Source of the DNA: Lingula anatina
Lineage: Eukaryota > Animalia > Brachiopoda
Assembly: GCA_051362555.1 (NCBI GenBank)
Contig: CM120642.1
Span: 28,582,001-28,646,000 of the forward strand
Direction: 5' to 3'
DNA: 64,000 bases
Shown here: positions 14,201 to 29,200 of the stretch, in pieces
Position numbering within the stretch: the stretch's first letter is position 1
How the letters are laid out: every line of letters begins with the position of its first letter
Made by a program: the position numbers and the translations under genes
Notes under the pieces: model-generated
Databases searched by the model: none
Told to the model about the DNA's origin: nothing
Seen by the model: the letters and a program-made list of their open reading frames with translations, nothing else

Positions 14201-17200
14201 TTTGAAATGAGAAGACTATAAACATTTCCAGTTTTGATGAGGGAACAGATAAATATGTGGAAACAGCAACTCTCTATGCTGGAGTTTTCAAAGGATTGGA
14301 AGAAGGGCATTATACAACATTTAGATTAAAGAAGGTGTTATTCTTCTGCACAAAATAATTATAGGTGAAATATGAGGTTACTTGATCCAGCATCGTAGCA
14401 ATGTATGAGTATGACGGAATAGGACATATCAAATGAATCCTCTATCAAGAAAAAAATAATGGAATTATTGCTCATTTAAAATGCTAGCATTATCTTTTGA
14501 AGTAACATGGCATCCTGAACAACCTGCAAGTAATTTAATTATGTTGCCTGTAATCTCTATTATATTAAATTACCTATATTCTTTCAATCACACACACACA
14601 CGTGCACCTTTGCACGCACACACACACACACACACACTTCCCCTGCATGCGACAAACACATAACTCCCTGTATCCTTGTCATGTGGCAAACAATTGTTTA
14701 CTCTTTCAAATTCTCAATTTCAATCTCAATTTATTTCTGTTTGCATTTTATTTTGTCTTCGGGGCAAATTCAACAGTCTGTTTTCATGCAGTGTAAGGTT
14801 ACTAATTCACTAATTCCATTCATTTCCTGTCACTTTCAATGCCACTAAACTTAAATCTAATGAATGGTAACCATTATTGCTGCCAGTAATACATGTCATC
14901 ATGTAAGTTCACGATGCTATCACACTTGGTTAGTAAATCAGATTCAGTTCCTTCTCACCAACTTTTTTTAAACCATTCAAATCTGGGCTATTTGCCTGCA
15001 AAGACCATGTATTTTTAAAAATTAAATTTCACTAAACGGATACTAATCTATATCTACATTGATTAAAGTTTTTCTGACAATGTGCTTTGAGCCATGCAAT
15101 TGAATTTGACAAATAGATACTTTCTCCAGCTATTTCCACAGAAAAATCATTTAGACAGTGGGACTTTCTAAAACTGGGTATTTGAAGCCACTTTGAGCTT
15201 TTGTTTGTCTCTGCAGTATCATCGGTCATACACCTATATGTATTTTAGAAGTTGGTGGTTTAAAGTAAATTAATCACACAATGAAAAGCTGTTTGCTGAT
15301 GAGGGCTTCATGAAACTGTTCCCAGATTACTAAGGAACACCATGACTCTGCTAAATGCCATGTAAAGAAATAAGCTAAGGGAGTCCCGTTTCCAGTCTAA
15401 GACAGCTCTGTTGTAAGCATGCCATCATACCTAGTCAGAACTATCATAAAACATACATCTAAAACATCGATCTACTAGTACATTTCCCCCTGCCAAGACA
15501 CAATATACACAGATCAACTTGTAGAATTTAAGCCTTCCTGGTTACAGTGACTTAGGGTTATGTCCAGTTTCAAACTTAATAGTGCAATAAATGGTATATT
15601 TAGACCCTTAATGTCACTGTTTGACCTGAGTAACCAACATGTTCTAAGTACATGTGGTACATAGAGTTTTGAGTGCTTTTAATTTTTGTTATGATTTTTT
15701 TTTATCCTGACAATTTTGGACAGAAAATCAGGCCCGTAGCCAGGGGGGGTTCGGGGGGTTTGAAAGAACCGCCCCTTTTGCCGGGAAAAGGTCCACTCTG
15801 GGTAAAATCTGATCTAGGTACATGAAGTTTTTATGGGAAAAGGTCCACTTTTTCAAAAAAAGAACCCCCCTTTTGAAATTGCTGGCTACGGGCCTGAAAA
15901 TTTAGCTGTAGCAAATAAGATACATATTCACAAAGTGTTAACCTGTTTCTTTACATAAATCTGTTATTCACAGACCCCCTATCTCTCAATCACTCATGCT
16001 GTTAAACACGCCTAATGGTTACGCTTCTATATTTGACCAAAGTACAACAACATATTATAAGAACTTGCCACTTGTATTGCCTACAGTGCTATCTTTGCAG
16101 TGCTACCTCAGATGTTGCCATCTTGTAACAGGGAAATGAGATCTATTATCACAGACCCAATATCAAATGCTGCTCCTCTCAACCCATCCCTTGCTTATGA
16201 ACCCCGTTTGTCCTCAAAGTGAGCCAAGAGAAAAACCATCCTTACTTGGCAGCACCCCATAACTATACTTATTTCCAAGGTTTGAGAGTCTTTTGCTGAA
16301 AATTTAAAGTTGGCTTTTTATCTTCTTTGAAGATCCTTCTAGAAATGGCATTGAATACAGATAAAATTTTAATGCAGAGTGAACCTTTTGCAGCCAATTC
16401 CAACCCCCTGAACTCCACCCCCCCCCCCCCACCCCCCATTCTTATGGGCCTGCAAGAATAAAGGTTTTTACTCGTTGGTTTCCGAGGAAAATTGCCAGTA
16501 GACCATAAAATCAGGGTTGTCTCAGAAAGGGTGCCTGTCATTGAGAAAATCTTACCTCTCTTTCTCCTGGACTGCCTGCATCATCTTCATTTGGCCCAGC
16601 AGGTGCTGCAGAACTTTACCCAGATTCCCAGGGTGCATGTACTGGTCATTTTGACCCCTCTCATTATCAGTCTGGTCCGCCAGCAGGTTGATCTGGTCAT
16701 TCTCTTTGTCTGCTACTGACCGTCCAGAACACAACTTGACAAAAAACAGAAGCAACACGTAGAAAAAGTGAACTTGGAATGGTGCAGAGGGTTTCATAAT
16801 GGCAGGAATATGGTGTGTGCGTCTGGTAAATGAAATCTTTCTCCTTGTGTCTCTTTTTCTCTCTCTCGCCACTATCCCCGTCCAGATGAGATCAGTAGAA
16901 GTGTCAGCTGTTTCTCTTATTTATGTGTCCAGGCATCAGGCAGGAACTGGCATATATCATTCCACTGAAAAGATACAGATGCTCTTCCCCAATGTTTTCA
17001 CTCCCTAAACTCCTAAATATAAACTTCTTTGAAAGTCCCAGGCAACTGTGTTGTGAAAGGTGTCATTTAGGTGATGCAAGGTTGGCTTTTCCTTCAAAAC
17101 ATCTAACCAGGATCTTTTTTACCAAAGGCTCGAGTTAAATGATCATATTACAGTATCATTGAATTTATCCTTTGAAGTTTGCTCAAAAGGTAACCCATGT

Positions 17201-20200
17201 ATTATAAAATGATTTTTTGGGTTCAGCTGCTCATTCTTCCTCCTCTCTCCAACTTCTCAAACACTTCCCACTGAAATTACCTGTACACTGACACAACTTT
17301 GCATGGAGTCATTTATCTTGTCCTAGACGGAATGTATAAGGAAACAATATCCTCAGTAACTTCTTGGAAAACGGCTACACCTTTCAGTCTTTGACTTAAT
17401 CCGACTGGTCTACGGCCACTGCCCACTCACTGCCCTCTCACTGCACTGACCGGTCCATCCAGGTATGAGGTCAGAGTACTGTCTTAGTGCACCTGATCAA
17501 ATCCATAGGGTCTACAGCTTTATACCAGACCTGGGCTGGGATAGTCCATTGTGCTGGCGGGGAGGATGGGTTGGCTCATTGCTAACAGGTGTCTTGAGAG
17601 GGAAGGGACTGGTGTGTGTATCCCTTGTTTATATTGGCTGAAAAACCAGCTGTAGTTGTGTAAAAATGTGTCATAAATTGCAGTTTTCCAAATTTTTGAC
17701 CAGAGTGAGAAAATGTTCCTTTTTTCAGAAAGGAATGAAAAAACACCCTGCTTGCAAACAGTTGTGATGGATTTATTTGTCCCTAGTGGTAGAAGCCATT
17801 CCAGTCCATGATAAATGGCATAGTAGTGGCTTCCTGCTCTTACAGGTCAGAGGTCACCAGGCAGAAATCATTTGGTGAATACTAGTGAAAGGAAAGCCTG
17901 TCAAACTGGGATTTGAAAGGGTTGGTTTATTATTGTCAGTAAAAGTTCCCAGGTGAATTTTTGCTTCATTTAATTATATAGACTTTTTTTAAAGTTGTCA
18001 CTTTCTTTGACAATTGAAACCAAGAGGCATGGTTTTCTGTGACAGTTGTATTTGTTAGATAAATTATAAATCAATGCAAAAGGAAAATAAATACAGGGTA
18101 GGCAAGTTTGAAAAAAATTACTATGAAAAAGTATGTTCCAAAAACAAAACTATTTACTAAAACTGTTTACTATTTGGTATTTTTCTATGATAGCGATAAA
18201 ACAAGTAAACAAATACACTTAATCTGTATTCACAGATAGTAAGTGGAATTCAATTTGGTACTTTTTTTATTAGATTTAAAAAGCAAAAAGTGTATGATGG
18301 TCCTCCTGGACAGACTATATCAAAGGCTCTGTTCTCACAACTTTTAGATCGATCTATCACCGCGGGGAGTCTCACTAGATTACTGTCAGATAATCCCCCT
18401 TAAGTGTCCGTCCCCGCCTACTACAAGCTTTAAGGGGTAATTAACTTTCGTGTCCGCCCGGCTGACAGCTATTTAGCGTGAACCCCCAGGGAGTTAGGTC
18501 GATCCAATGTAGGTCGATCTAATCTATGAGAATGGGGTGAAACATAAGTGATGAAGTGATGTTTCACAATTTGTTTTCTGTAACTTTGAACTTGATCAAT
18601 ACTTGGATGCAACCGAACTCCCTTTCATTGTAATATTTTACAGTTTAATATTGCACATATGAAATTACAGATATTTTTTTAAATGCCTCATAGTGAATGT
18701 TTCAGTGGAATATAAATCATACTTTTTGTCGTTGTTGGTCATATTCTATATTGTTTATATTCTGTGTGACATTCGGCCACACTAAATCACAGAAGGAAAC
18801 AAGTAACATGTGCTTCTTATCACAACCGTTCACAGACTCGGGAGGTGCGCGATCTTTAAAATTATTTCAAATTCAAGAAGTTGGCAGAGATTTGATTTGT
18901 AGTTAAGAGGTTCTGTGAAAGTATGTGGGGATTGGTTTGTGCTGTGATTTGATTTGTAATACCTGAGCTCAAACCTGGCAGAAAGCAAGGGGCCAAGACT
19001 TTGTAAAGATTTGTCAGTTATTATAAAGATAAGGTGTTAACAGCCAATAGTTAATACTGGTAATAAGATGAGAGTGCATCTAGGTATATTTTCAGTTACA
19101 GCCAATCTACCAGCTGTGTTCTTTACTGTCCATTACACCTGTACTGGTCACTGCAGATGGATAAAGTCTTTGTCTATCTGTTTTGTTGGTCTTTTGAATA
19201 TGTTTTTTTTTTTTCAAGTTATTAAAAAAATTTCAAAGATCATTTTCTGATGGACTGCTGTGTGAAATGATAATTTGGTATTTTTGCTTTGACATTGCTG
19301 GCCTGTTATAATTGTCTGATCTTCCCTTTGTTTGCAACTCCCTGAATCCATATCTACAGGTCACTTAATTTACACTCCATGGCTTCTTAGGCATGGGCTG
19401 CCTAATCTGCTGTTGGTGGGTGGGTGGGGTTGGGGGACAGTTGTAGCTTCTTGTGGTAATTTATGCTGTGAAAGTGGTTTAAGATTTTATCAGTCTGAAT
19501 CGATTCGCTAGAATAAAAAGATCACGAGTTTCATTTACATGGGTGTTTTGTGATTTCAAATGAATTTTTTTTTTCAGTATAACCAGACCAACAGTTCGGC
19601 ATTTGCCTATTTAATTCTAAAATAGTGAAATGATTTTTTTACATTTGGATAAGAGAACAGAGTGTAGAACATGTTCTATCCTGTCTCTTCACTACTTGAT
19701 TTTATTTAGGTTTGGATCGAGTAACTGTGAGCATGAAAACTATTGTGTAGGGCAGATCTCTATTTATTCACGTAGTAGGCAGAATAAGAACCTCTTGGGA
19801 GGTGTGAGGTTAGATAAATTTCCCAACTGTTGCCTAACTCATGGTGCTTGTCCAAACATTGACTTTGTGTTTGTTTTGTATTGTTTTGGGGTAGGCTTCC
19901 AGAAATTATTAAAGTAGGAATTCCACTCACTTGGTTGTGATGATTTTAACAATGACCCAAGATAACATAATTGAAATCTTGTTTTCAGGAAGAAATTAAG
20001 ATCTCTTTGCCACTCAAAATTCACCAAAAGTTGATGTCATTTTAAAGGATATTTTGTCTTATGACATATTGTAAAAGCAGCATGCATGGCAACATGTCAC
20101 AAAAGTGTCAGATATAGTTGTATGATTTAACATTTTTAAAAATATTTTATTTCTGGCTAATGTTTTCAATATATCACCCACCGCCTCCCATCCCATCAAC

Positions 20201-23200
20201 CAGATGAAAAACAAAACCTTGAAAGCACTTTTTCTATCTATCCTTTATAGAAAGGAAATACTTTATATTTTTATGTAATAGATGAAATGGCTATTAAGAG
20301 ACCCGTTCATTTAAATACAACAAGGGGTCAGTGTTTTGGGGCTTTCAACCTTTGCCAATGAAATGTTGTACAATGTCATGCGGTTAAATGTATGTAAACA
20401 GAGGCCAATTTTTAAAGCCAAATTGAAGTCAAGGTTTTGGCAAAAGTTTAAATCAACAAATGCCAAACAGCATAAGGATTTTCTTCCCTTTTTTCCCCTC
20501 TGAGGTAATGCCTTATCTGTGTTGCAGAACATTACTGGGAATTTGTAGATCTTGTTAAAGATTTGTTGTAGTAGCCCTGAGTGGTGGTCAAGAAAAGGTG
20601 AAAGCATCAGTGGGAAATTGACTTTTTCTCTCGACAACATAATCACTTAAGGCTATTAAATGCTTGTTTAGGATTTCAGTGTACCATCCGGTACTGTGTG
20701 AAGTGCAGTGTGGGGTCTGGCAGGGATAGCTTATTGGTCATTTTATATATGGACATTTATATAGAATATATTTAAAGATCTATAAAGTTTTATTGGAACA
20801 CGTAGAAGACCCTATAATTTTGTTATAATCAATGTCCATACCACAACTACTACTACTGATCATGGGTATAGCAGATCAGCTCTGTAAAGTTTTGATATTC
20901 ACTCAAAGTTTTTCCTTAAATATATATATGTTATTATTTTGTGATATTATAGCAATATTTGAAAAATGAAAGCCATTAAAATGTTTCTGTATTATTTTGT
21001 AGACTCTGCTGAGAATTTGGGATTGCTTTCTTCTGGAAGGACCCAAGGTGTTGTTCCGTTTTGCACTTGCCATTCTTAAAATTCACGAATCTTCGGTTGT
21101 GCAAAAAACTGAGACCATTTCCATCATGAGACACTTGAAAGCCTGCGCCAAGTTGACCTTTGACATTGAAGGGCTAGTCAAGGTGAAGATATATTTTATT
21201 TGGAAATTGATTTTGATTGCTAATGCACTGTAGGTGCCAGCTTGGACCTTAATAACACTTTCTCGAAGGTCAACAGCATCTGATGGTGTGACTCTTCATA
21301 AGATGTTGTTTCTCCATGCCACACTTTTCTACATGGGATTCTATGTAGAATTAAATCAATTTATAATGACAAATCTGGGAGTCACCACAGGTGTATATTT
21401 AACTGAGAAAAAAAAAAACATTTGAATATTTTGCTGAGCATGGGAATATCCTGCATTAGGCTAACTTTGGAAGCATTAGGCATCATAATGCAGCATATTA
21501 CTATTTAAGATGGCCATTTCTGTAATTATAATAGAACCTAAGAAATTCAGGAAGCATCTTGACACATTTTCTTAAAGATTTTAAATTAAAATGTTCCTGT
21601 AATATCTTCAGACTGCATTTGAGGACCTAAATCCATTTCCTCGAAGGAAAGACATCACATCCAAGCAGGCGTACTATGTGAACATATTGAAGGAGAAGGT
21701 AAAGAAGAGAGAGAAGCAACAGCGGGCATTCCTGGAGAGAGAAAGAATGGTAAGAACTACAAGTTGTAAAAACCAAGAAATCGGGAGATTGAAAACATAC
21801 TAAATTGATAAAAATCTTCAATGATAATAATAATAATAATAATAATTATAGTTTGATCAGTAAAATGGCAACCCGATGGTTGAAATTCTACAATGTTAAA
21901 AAAAAATATTTGTACTTATTAGGTAAAATTAGGTAAGATCATAAATATCAAAACTAAATTGCTTCTAATACACTTAAAAATAGACTGAGGAGTAAACTGT
22001 CACATCCTATGCTGATTGTTTATTTATTTTAACATTGGCCCAAGATAACATAATTGAAATCTTGTTTTCAGGAGGAAATTAAGGTCTGATTTATTGAAAA
22101 TAAATGTAATCTAACTTCTATTTTGATAGATTTTATTAATTTTACTCCTTCAGTTTGAAGATCTGGACCTATACTCTTCAGGGAAGAGAGCCCTTATAGA
22201 GTGTGCTGTACAGTTCCAGGAAGGTGAGTGGATTGCAATCGTCTTAGTATTAACAGGGCCAGATTAAGGCCGCATTCACAACCAAAGTTGATCCTCAGAC
22301 TAACAAGGTCAACAGATCAATTATAGCTGACCACTTGAAAGCTTCTCATGAAATCCCCGCAGGGAATCTATTCAGTGTATATTAGGGGATAATGCAGCTA
22401 GGTTTCAATGGGGTCAGCCATGTTTGATCCACGGATCTGTTTCACCTCTGAGCAACTTCTGAATGCGCGTCATCCAGATTGACTCCTAGCCCTTGTGCAG
22501 TCTGAAGTTCGTTTTGCTGTCTATTTAGCATTGTAATTTTTTCAAGGGACATTTCGACTGTCTTTGTAGAAACAAAGGGACCAGCCTTATCTGTCCCTAC
22601 AAGTCCTACCAACCTGGACAATGTGATCTTTTTTCATGACATAGTTTAATAAAAGATTCTCAAATAATAGTAACTATGTAGGTTATTAGTCCAGCCGTAT
22701 TTAACATAATTTAAGTGTTTTAAATCTTTTACTTTACTTAAAGTTTAGTCTTATTTTTATAATTTACGATGTTGCATCTCTCTCATAGACTTAAGCCTGT
22801 CTTTTGAATTAACAGGTGAAATTATTCTAAGACTCTGCCATTATAGGTGAAGACAACTTTTTAAGATTAAAAGGGCAAAAAGTGCTCCCTGTTATGTATA
22901 TATTTTATTGCATTAAATGAACACATTTAACTTAATACCTTTTTTGTACAGTACTCAAGAAAAAAAAATTGGATTAATATGCATTCAACATGGCAGGTTT
23001 GCGAAGAAATAATTGACCCAAACTCTGACAACAATAGCAGGCACGTACTGAGTAAACATTAAAACTCCCAATTAAAACTGTTTTGAGTTGGACTGACGTA
23101 ACCTTTTACAGCTGATGAAATTGTTGAAGAAAAACATCAAAGTCGAGAACACTGCTTGCAAAGTGCATCAGACAGCATAAGGTTAGCATTCTGCCCTGAA

Positions 23201-26200
23201 AAGTGGCTGGCAAGTTGGTAACAGGCATTTAATTTGTTGTAAGCTTGCAGAAACAGCCTTCAAAAGAACAGTATATCAAAGCAGGCATGCCGGCCAGACT
23301 TCTGTCTGTTTACTTTATGCAGATGGCCGCCAGTTGTACTACACGTGGCCATTGGCAGGGGGATTAGGGAGAAGAGGGGTTACAAAAGTACTGCCCCTTT
23401 GGCTGGAAAAGGTCCTCTGTGAATCACAATTTCATTCTAGGTTTTATGCCATTTCTCAAGTTGGGTGAACAACAGAAATGCCCAAATTTTTAAGCCTTCC
23501 AAAAATTTTGGCCTGTCAATAAACTTAAATAAATCAATGTGATGAAAGTTAAATAATAACAAAAAATGGTGGGTATGAAAACAGGAGGAAGTATAAGGAA
23601 AATATATCTAAAATATTTAAGACCACTTATTTAATATGTAAAAGCCTTCAGAAAAATTTAATGATTGTAATAAAAGATTTTTTTATTGTTGCTTATAATA
23701 ACAAATATAAAAAAATATAAATTCCTTTAAAGGTGGTACAATAACAAACTTTTTTCCTTACTTGTTTCATCCAATTTATAACAAACAATTTGCACATTGC
23801 ATATTTTGTCTTTATGATAACCATGTCTTTGACAACTGCTGTCCTTGTTACAGGAAAGTTGTGGGTTTTCCATGGCAACCAGCTGTCATCCAGGGTCGCA
23901 GAGGTCAGATGTCAAAAAGGTTTTATGTATGACATAAACATAGAGGTAAGAGTTTAGTGAGCAGGCACAATATTTTTATCAGCTCTGTGTAATTTATTTC
24001 ATTAGCTTACTTCCCTTACAGTATTTACTTTCTCGGTTCTCTTCCATATGCAGTTGTCAAATTTAACCTTTAAAATTTCTGTTGCAACGCTTTTGACATT
24101 ATTTTATTTTACCTCTTCCAGTTTGACACTCGAGTCCTGTGTGCGTGTGCCCTCAGCCCCGAGGTTGTATTGGTGGGAACTCTCAGCCAATCACTGTTTG
24201 CCTACTGTACAAGGTCAAGGTAATTTGTAGCGCAATGCCAATGTTATGTATGATTGAAATTTATGAAAGTAGTCAAGATCATTTAGAATTGATACACATA
24301 TAATGTACATCCTGGAACTTTTTCATAGATAATTTTTACAGTACATTTTTTGTGTATTATTACAATGGATTAGAAATAAGCTTTTTAAGGCAAGCAGTTA
24401 CAATTTGTTTATTCATTTTATACTCTGGACATAATATATGATATTAGTGTCTTGCTTGCTTCAGAGTACAGCTGTGGCATGTACGCCTTAATGACGCCAT
24501 CTTTGCACTGAGAGTGATGGATGAACAGGACAGACAGAAGAAGATCTTCGCAGCTCTGGCAGACGGTACAGTGGCAGTGCTGGAGGTCAGAAACGTCTAT
24601 AGTAGAATTCATCTCGTAACAGTGTATTTTTCACATTTTATCAGGAAGATGGCTACATGTCAGATAACATTTCTGTGACTTATGAAAATGTGAAAAAGTG
24701 AAGTGTTTGAAATTAGCTTAATGTGAATCTAATATGTTGATTTCTATAACATTTTGTTTTGTTTTCTTTCAGAAATTGTCCTCTTCAGACAGTGCCCAGT
24801 ATGAAGTATTCTACATTCCCGTTGGTCAGGGGCCTGTGACCTCCATGCTGCTGATAGACAAACAGTTATGGTGTGCAACAGGGAACATGGTCCATATATT
24901 ACATGCTGTGTAAGAACATGACTTGTATAATCAGTTATGAGATTTTTCTGACTATCGTCAGATTTCCGACTTTTTGGGAGCCAAAAATATCACTTTTGTG
25001 ATCCATGCAGAGTGCCCCCTAGACCTCTTGTCAAATTTTCAGACTTTTCACTAAATGGCAGTTGCATCTCTGTATAGTAAGCTGTCTGTTCTTCACTGAT
25101 TATGCCCTCTTAAAAACATGCATTTGATCATTTTCTGTGTGTTGAATTTAAAGTGTTTGTAAGTGAACATGATTGTCAATTGATCTTTATTTTGAGGACT
25201 ACAATGTGAGCAATCTGAATACACTCTTTTGGTAGAGTGAGTATATTATTAATAAAATTGATGCAATGAAAAGGTAATGTCATGTATTTGGCCTTATGAT
25301 GTAGAATTCATGATATATCGTACTGTAAGTTGTTTACTTTGTTTTTTCTCTTCACAGTACCCTGGACCCCATGGACAACTTTGTGGTGTCCACCAACCCC
25401 TATGACCACATTCTGACCCTCGCCATGAGCCAGTATGGGGTCTGGATTGCAATCAAGGGGTCGTCCATCATTGAACTCTGGGACAACAGACTGCTCACGT
25501 GCATGATGTTCTTTGATGTGAAGGATAATAGATACCCAAACCTGAGGAAGGTAGGTTGGGTCTGCTTTATTGCACCAGTGATGATAACCACAACTCAACA
25601 TATCTGTTGTATCATTCACAGTGTTAAGATTAGGCTTGTATTGGTTAACAGGTGAATGCCTGACATTGTGTTAGAGAAGCTGTGATTGTGTTGCATTGAT
25701 CTATGCAGCGTGGGCAACAGCACTGTCCTGGGCTCACAAACAGATGTTTTCACAACCACATACAGAAAAAAGTACATGCAAATTTGCAATAAAGTTTGTG
25801 CAAACAAACAGACAAGTGCCATCTCATTTTTTTACCTGAAAAATTGTGGGTAAGGCTTTAAAACAAAGATTTAAGCTCTCTGGTTAGGACAATTGAACAG
25901 TGATCATGTTTTTTCGCACAGGAGGATTGTTGTTACTTCAATGGGTCCCGTATCACAGCAGTCCTGCCCATAGACCATGCTGTGTGGATAGGAACAGGAG
26001 ACGGAAATTTGCTGCTCTATGATGTCATAGATAAGGAAGGTGTCTTTCACAGCAAGGCGGCGACCCCTCACAGTGACAGCAACCTCAGCTCTCCATACTA
26101 CACCAGCTGTGGACAAGTGGTCAAGTGAGTCCTCTGTTGACAAAATTGTTTTCAGTTTTGTCTGCTGAAATTGGAATACTGAATTGCCAACACTGCTGAT

Positions 26201-29200
26201 TCTGATCCACTTTCACAGATTTCAGAGATAGCACAGTCAGGTTGTCAAATGTCAGGGCCATTGGGATTATGTGTACATTTTAGAATATTGTTATGTTAAA
26301 TGTTGAATAGTTGGCGAAGGTAAAACACTTATCATACAAGTGTCAAATCCCATTCATGTGTTGCACATAAAAAGTGAGAGGAGAGTGATTTAAAAGCAAT
26401 AAATCCAGGTCAACCAATAACAAAAGCAGGTTGATTAGAAGACATTAAGAAGTCTTGATATTCATATCTCAATTAACTTTACATTTGTTTTCCATGTGGA
26501 TTCCAGGGACCTGAGAACACTACACCAAGTGGGGCACAAAGTGGAGGAACTGTACTACCAGAGGCTGGAGGAACAGAAAAGTAACAGACTCAGTCCTCGC
26601 TGCTCACTGGGTGGTGGAGTTGGTGGGTGATATTTGTGGAAAATTGGGGGGAAAATCTTGATTTTGTAGATAGGAATTATATTGGAACGAATGACTTCAG
26701 ATGTACTAAATGAGGGTCATCTTTCTGACAAAAATGATTGACATTTTAATTGAATAAAAAATGATAGACATTTTAATTGAATGAAAAAATTATATTAAAA
26801 AATTATTATTTCACTATTATGAAGTGATTTCTGGAAAAAATTGATTGTCTTCGTGATCTTTCTGCCATTAAAAGAATATAAATTATTTATTCCAGAAAAC
26901 TCCAGATTTCTCCAGCAGGGGGCGCCAACCAGGCAGGCCATCAGCGACTCTGCACTGGACCAGTCTTCTAGAATGCGAAAGATCTCCCGTGACAGTGGCG
27001 TTACTGTCATCTGGAACAATCCAGCTTTCTGTGACAAAGACATGGAGGAAAACCTCACACCCAAACTGTGCAGCTCAAGTGAAAACAGACTGGAACATTT
27101 CACGTTTGATCTATCAGAGTTTAATGGGCAGAAATTTGATAAGGTCAGAGAAAATGAGGCACCTTATTTATCTGGCTGGAAAAAAATAAAACAAGATGGT
27201 GGAAATGACAATGTCAAAAATAGTAGTAACGAATATTATTCAGATACTGACAGGGTTACTCATCATATCAATGGTGAATGTAAGTTGTCACCAACAACAT
27301 ATAAGAATGACATGTCTCACAGCGGTGTCAGTAAGAGCAAAGAAGACAAAAACAACGACTGTACAAAGTTTGTACATGATGCTTCCAATGGAAGCAGTGT
27401 CAGTAGGCAGCAGAATGGTGCTAATTGCAACAGTGGTGCTAGTGGAGAGGTTGGTACTGAAGAAGGTCAGGCAGCAGGATTCTTGTCTCACAGCCAGAAG
27501 GCAACAAATACATGTGCAAGTGATCAGGAGCTGGAGGAGGTGGAGGGGAGAGTTAGAGATGAACAAGCCGAAGATTTTCAAGGTGAATCAGATTTCAGTT
27601 GTGTAAATTTGGAGAAAGATGCTGAGAGGTTCCAAATGGAGGCATGTGCAATAAAGCAGGAGAGTTGTCATGGGTTGGAAAAAAGTTCATGTAGTACTGC
27701 TGAAGAAGGCATACAGGCAGCTTATCATATGGAGAAAAATGAAGAAAAGCAAGGTGTCATGATTTCAGATTCAGACTTTGACACAGGAAATGAAGAAATA
27801 CATGAAAATCAAATGTTATCTAAACTTGATCATTCCGCCAGGCAATCAATAATAAATGATAACAAAAATCAGGAATCTCAGTCACAAGCTGAAGAGACAC
27901 ACCAACCTTCTCTAAAAGAAATAATTCTTGAAGCCATAAGGCAACATGAGCGGTGTGAGAATCTGCTATGGTCAGAGCACTGTTCTCTTACAACTTCATC
28001 AGTGCCTGTGCATTCTTTTCAAACAGAAGAATCACTGATTAGGAAGCATAGTGATAACCTTGACCATCCAGGTCAAGGTCAAAGCAGTGCTGGTAACAGT
28101 TCAGAAAGCACTGATCCTAATTCATCTGAAACTGTAGTTCCTGCCTTTTATTCTAGGAGTCTTAAAAAGAAAAGCACAGGAGTGGAAGATGTTGTGGATG
28201 TAGTGATCAGTGAAAGTATTGATCTGCATAATGGTTGCTATAGAGATACTGACCCTAAGCCAGATGAGAAGTCAAGGTCAAGTAGTGAAGTGACTGACAT
28301 TGACCTTGATGGGTCAGCACGAAGGTCAAGGACAGACAGTGACCTCACAGACCTCGAAGCTAGGATTGAGTCTCAAAAACTTTTGAAGAAACCCAGTTTA
28401 CAATGGGACCACAATATTGGTGATGAGGAAGGATTCATCAGTATGGAAACTGCAACTGACAATGAGACATCTTTCACAGACTTTGCAACTAAAGAAGAGA
28501 AATTTGACAATGGCCTCATTTTATTTGAGGTTGGCGAGGGAGGAGAAGAGCAAGCAGAAGATAGTTCCAGTGGCGTTATAATCAATGTCGAGGATTTCGA
28601 CAACCTTCCAGTGACTCATAACCACACTTTGACCCATACTTCAAGTTCTCCAGCCATTCTGTCTACAAACTCTATTCTACAGCAAGATGGTGACTCGCCC
28701 CTGGAGAAAAGAGACCTGCCTATCAGCCCCCAGGCTTCCAGGAGGACTGTCAGTTCCAATGGCAGACAAATGGGGATAAACGGCAACATGCTTGGGTGTC
28801 ACTCCAGGCAAATGAGTCTGGACACCAATGCTAGCTCTGTGTTCTGGTCAAGCGAAGAGGAAAGAGGGTCAACTGGTCAGTACTTTAATTAATTTAATGA
28901 GCTTGGGGTCTACAGGGTATCAAAACATATTCAGTTTGGAAGTATTTTATCTTTGCATAATGGTGCAAGATCGACTGTAAGTGCAGTGTATGAAAATTTC
29001 TAACAACTGTCATGGAATGATGACACTACTGTCACTTTTATCTTTAAAATAAGAACTACAATTAGTATATTTAGATTGGGGTAGACACCAATTTGAAAAT
29101 AAGTATAGTTTTTAACTGTGATTAAAACAAAAGCCAGCGGAATAAATAATAACCTGTCAATTATTTTCCCTCGCTAGGCTCACTGAAGGAAGGCGAGGAC

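Noticed and set aside
19955-22088. ~50-bp sequence repeated at 19955-20003 and 22039-22088
   Set aside because: Most likely fragments of a dispersed repeat; no termini or structure to support more.
26841-28892. 683-aa ORF as a standalone gene
   Set aside because: It starts at a TTG in intron-like sequence and has phase-compatible acceptor (26896) and donor (28875) sites linking it to the TBC gene.
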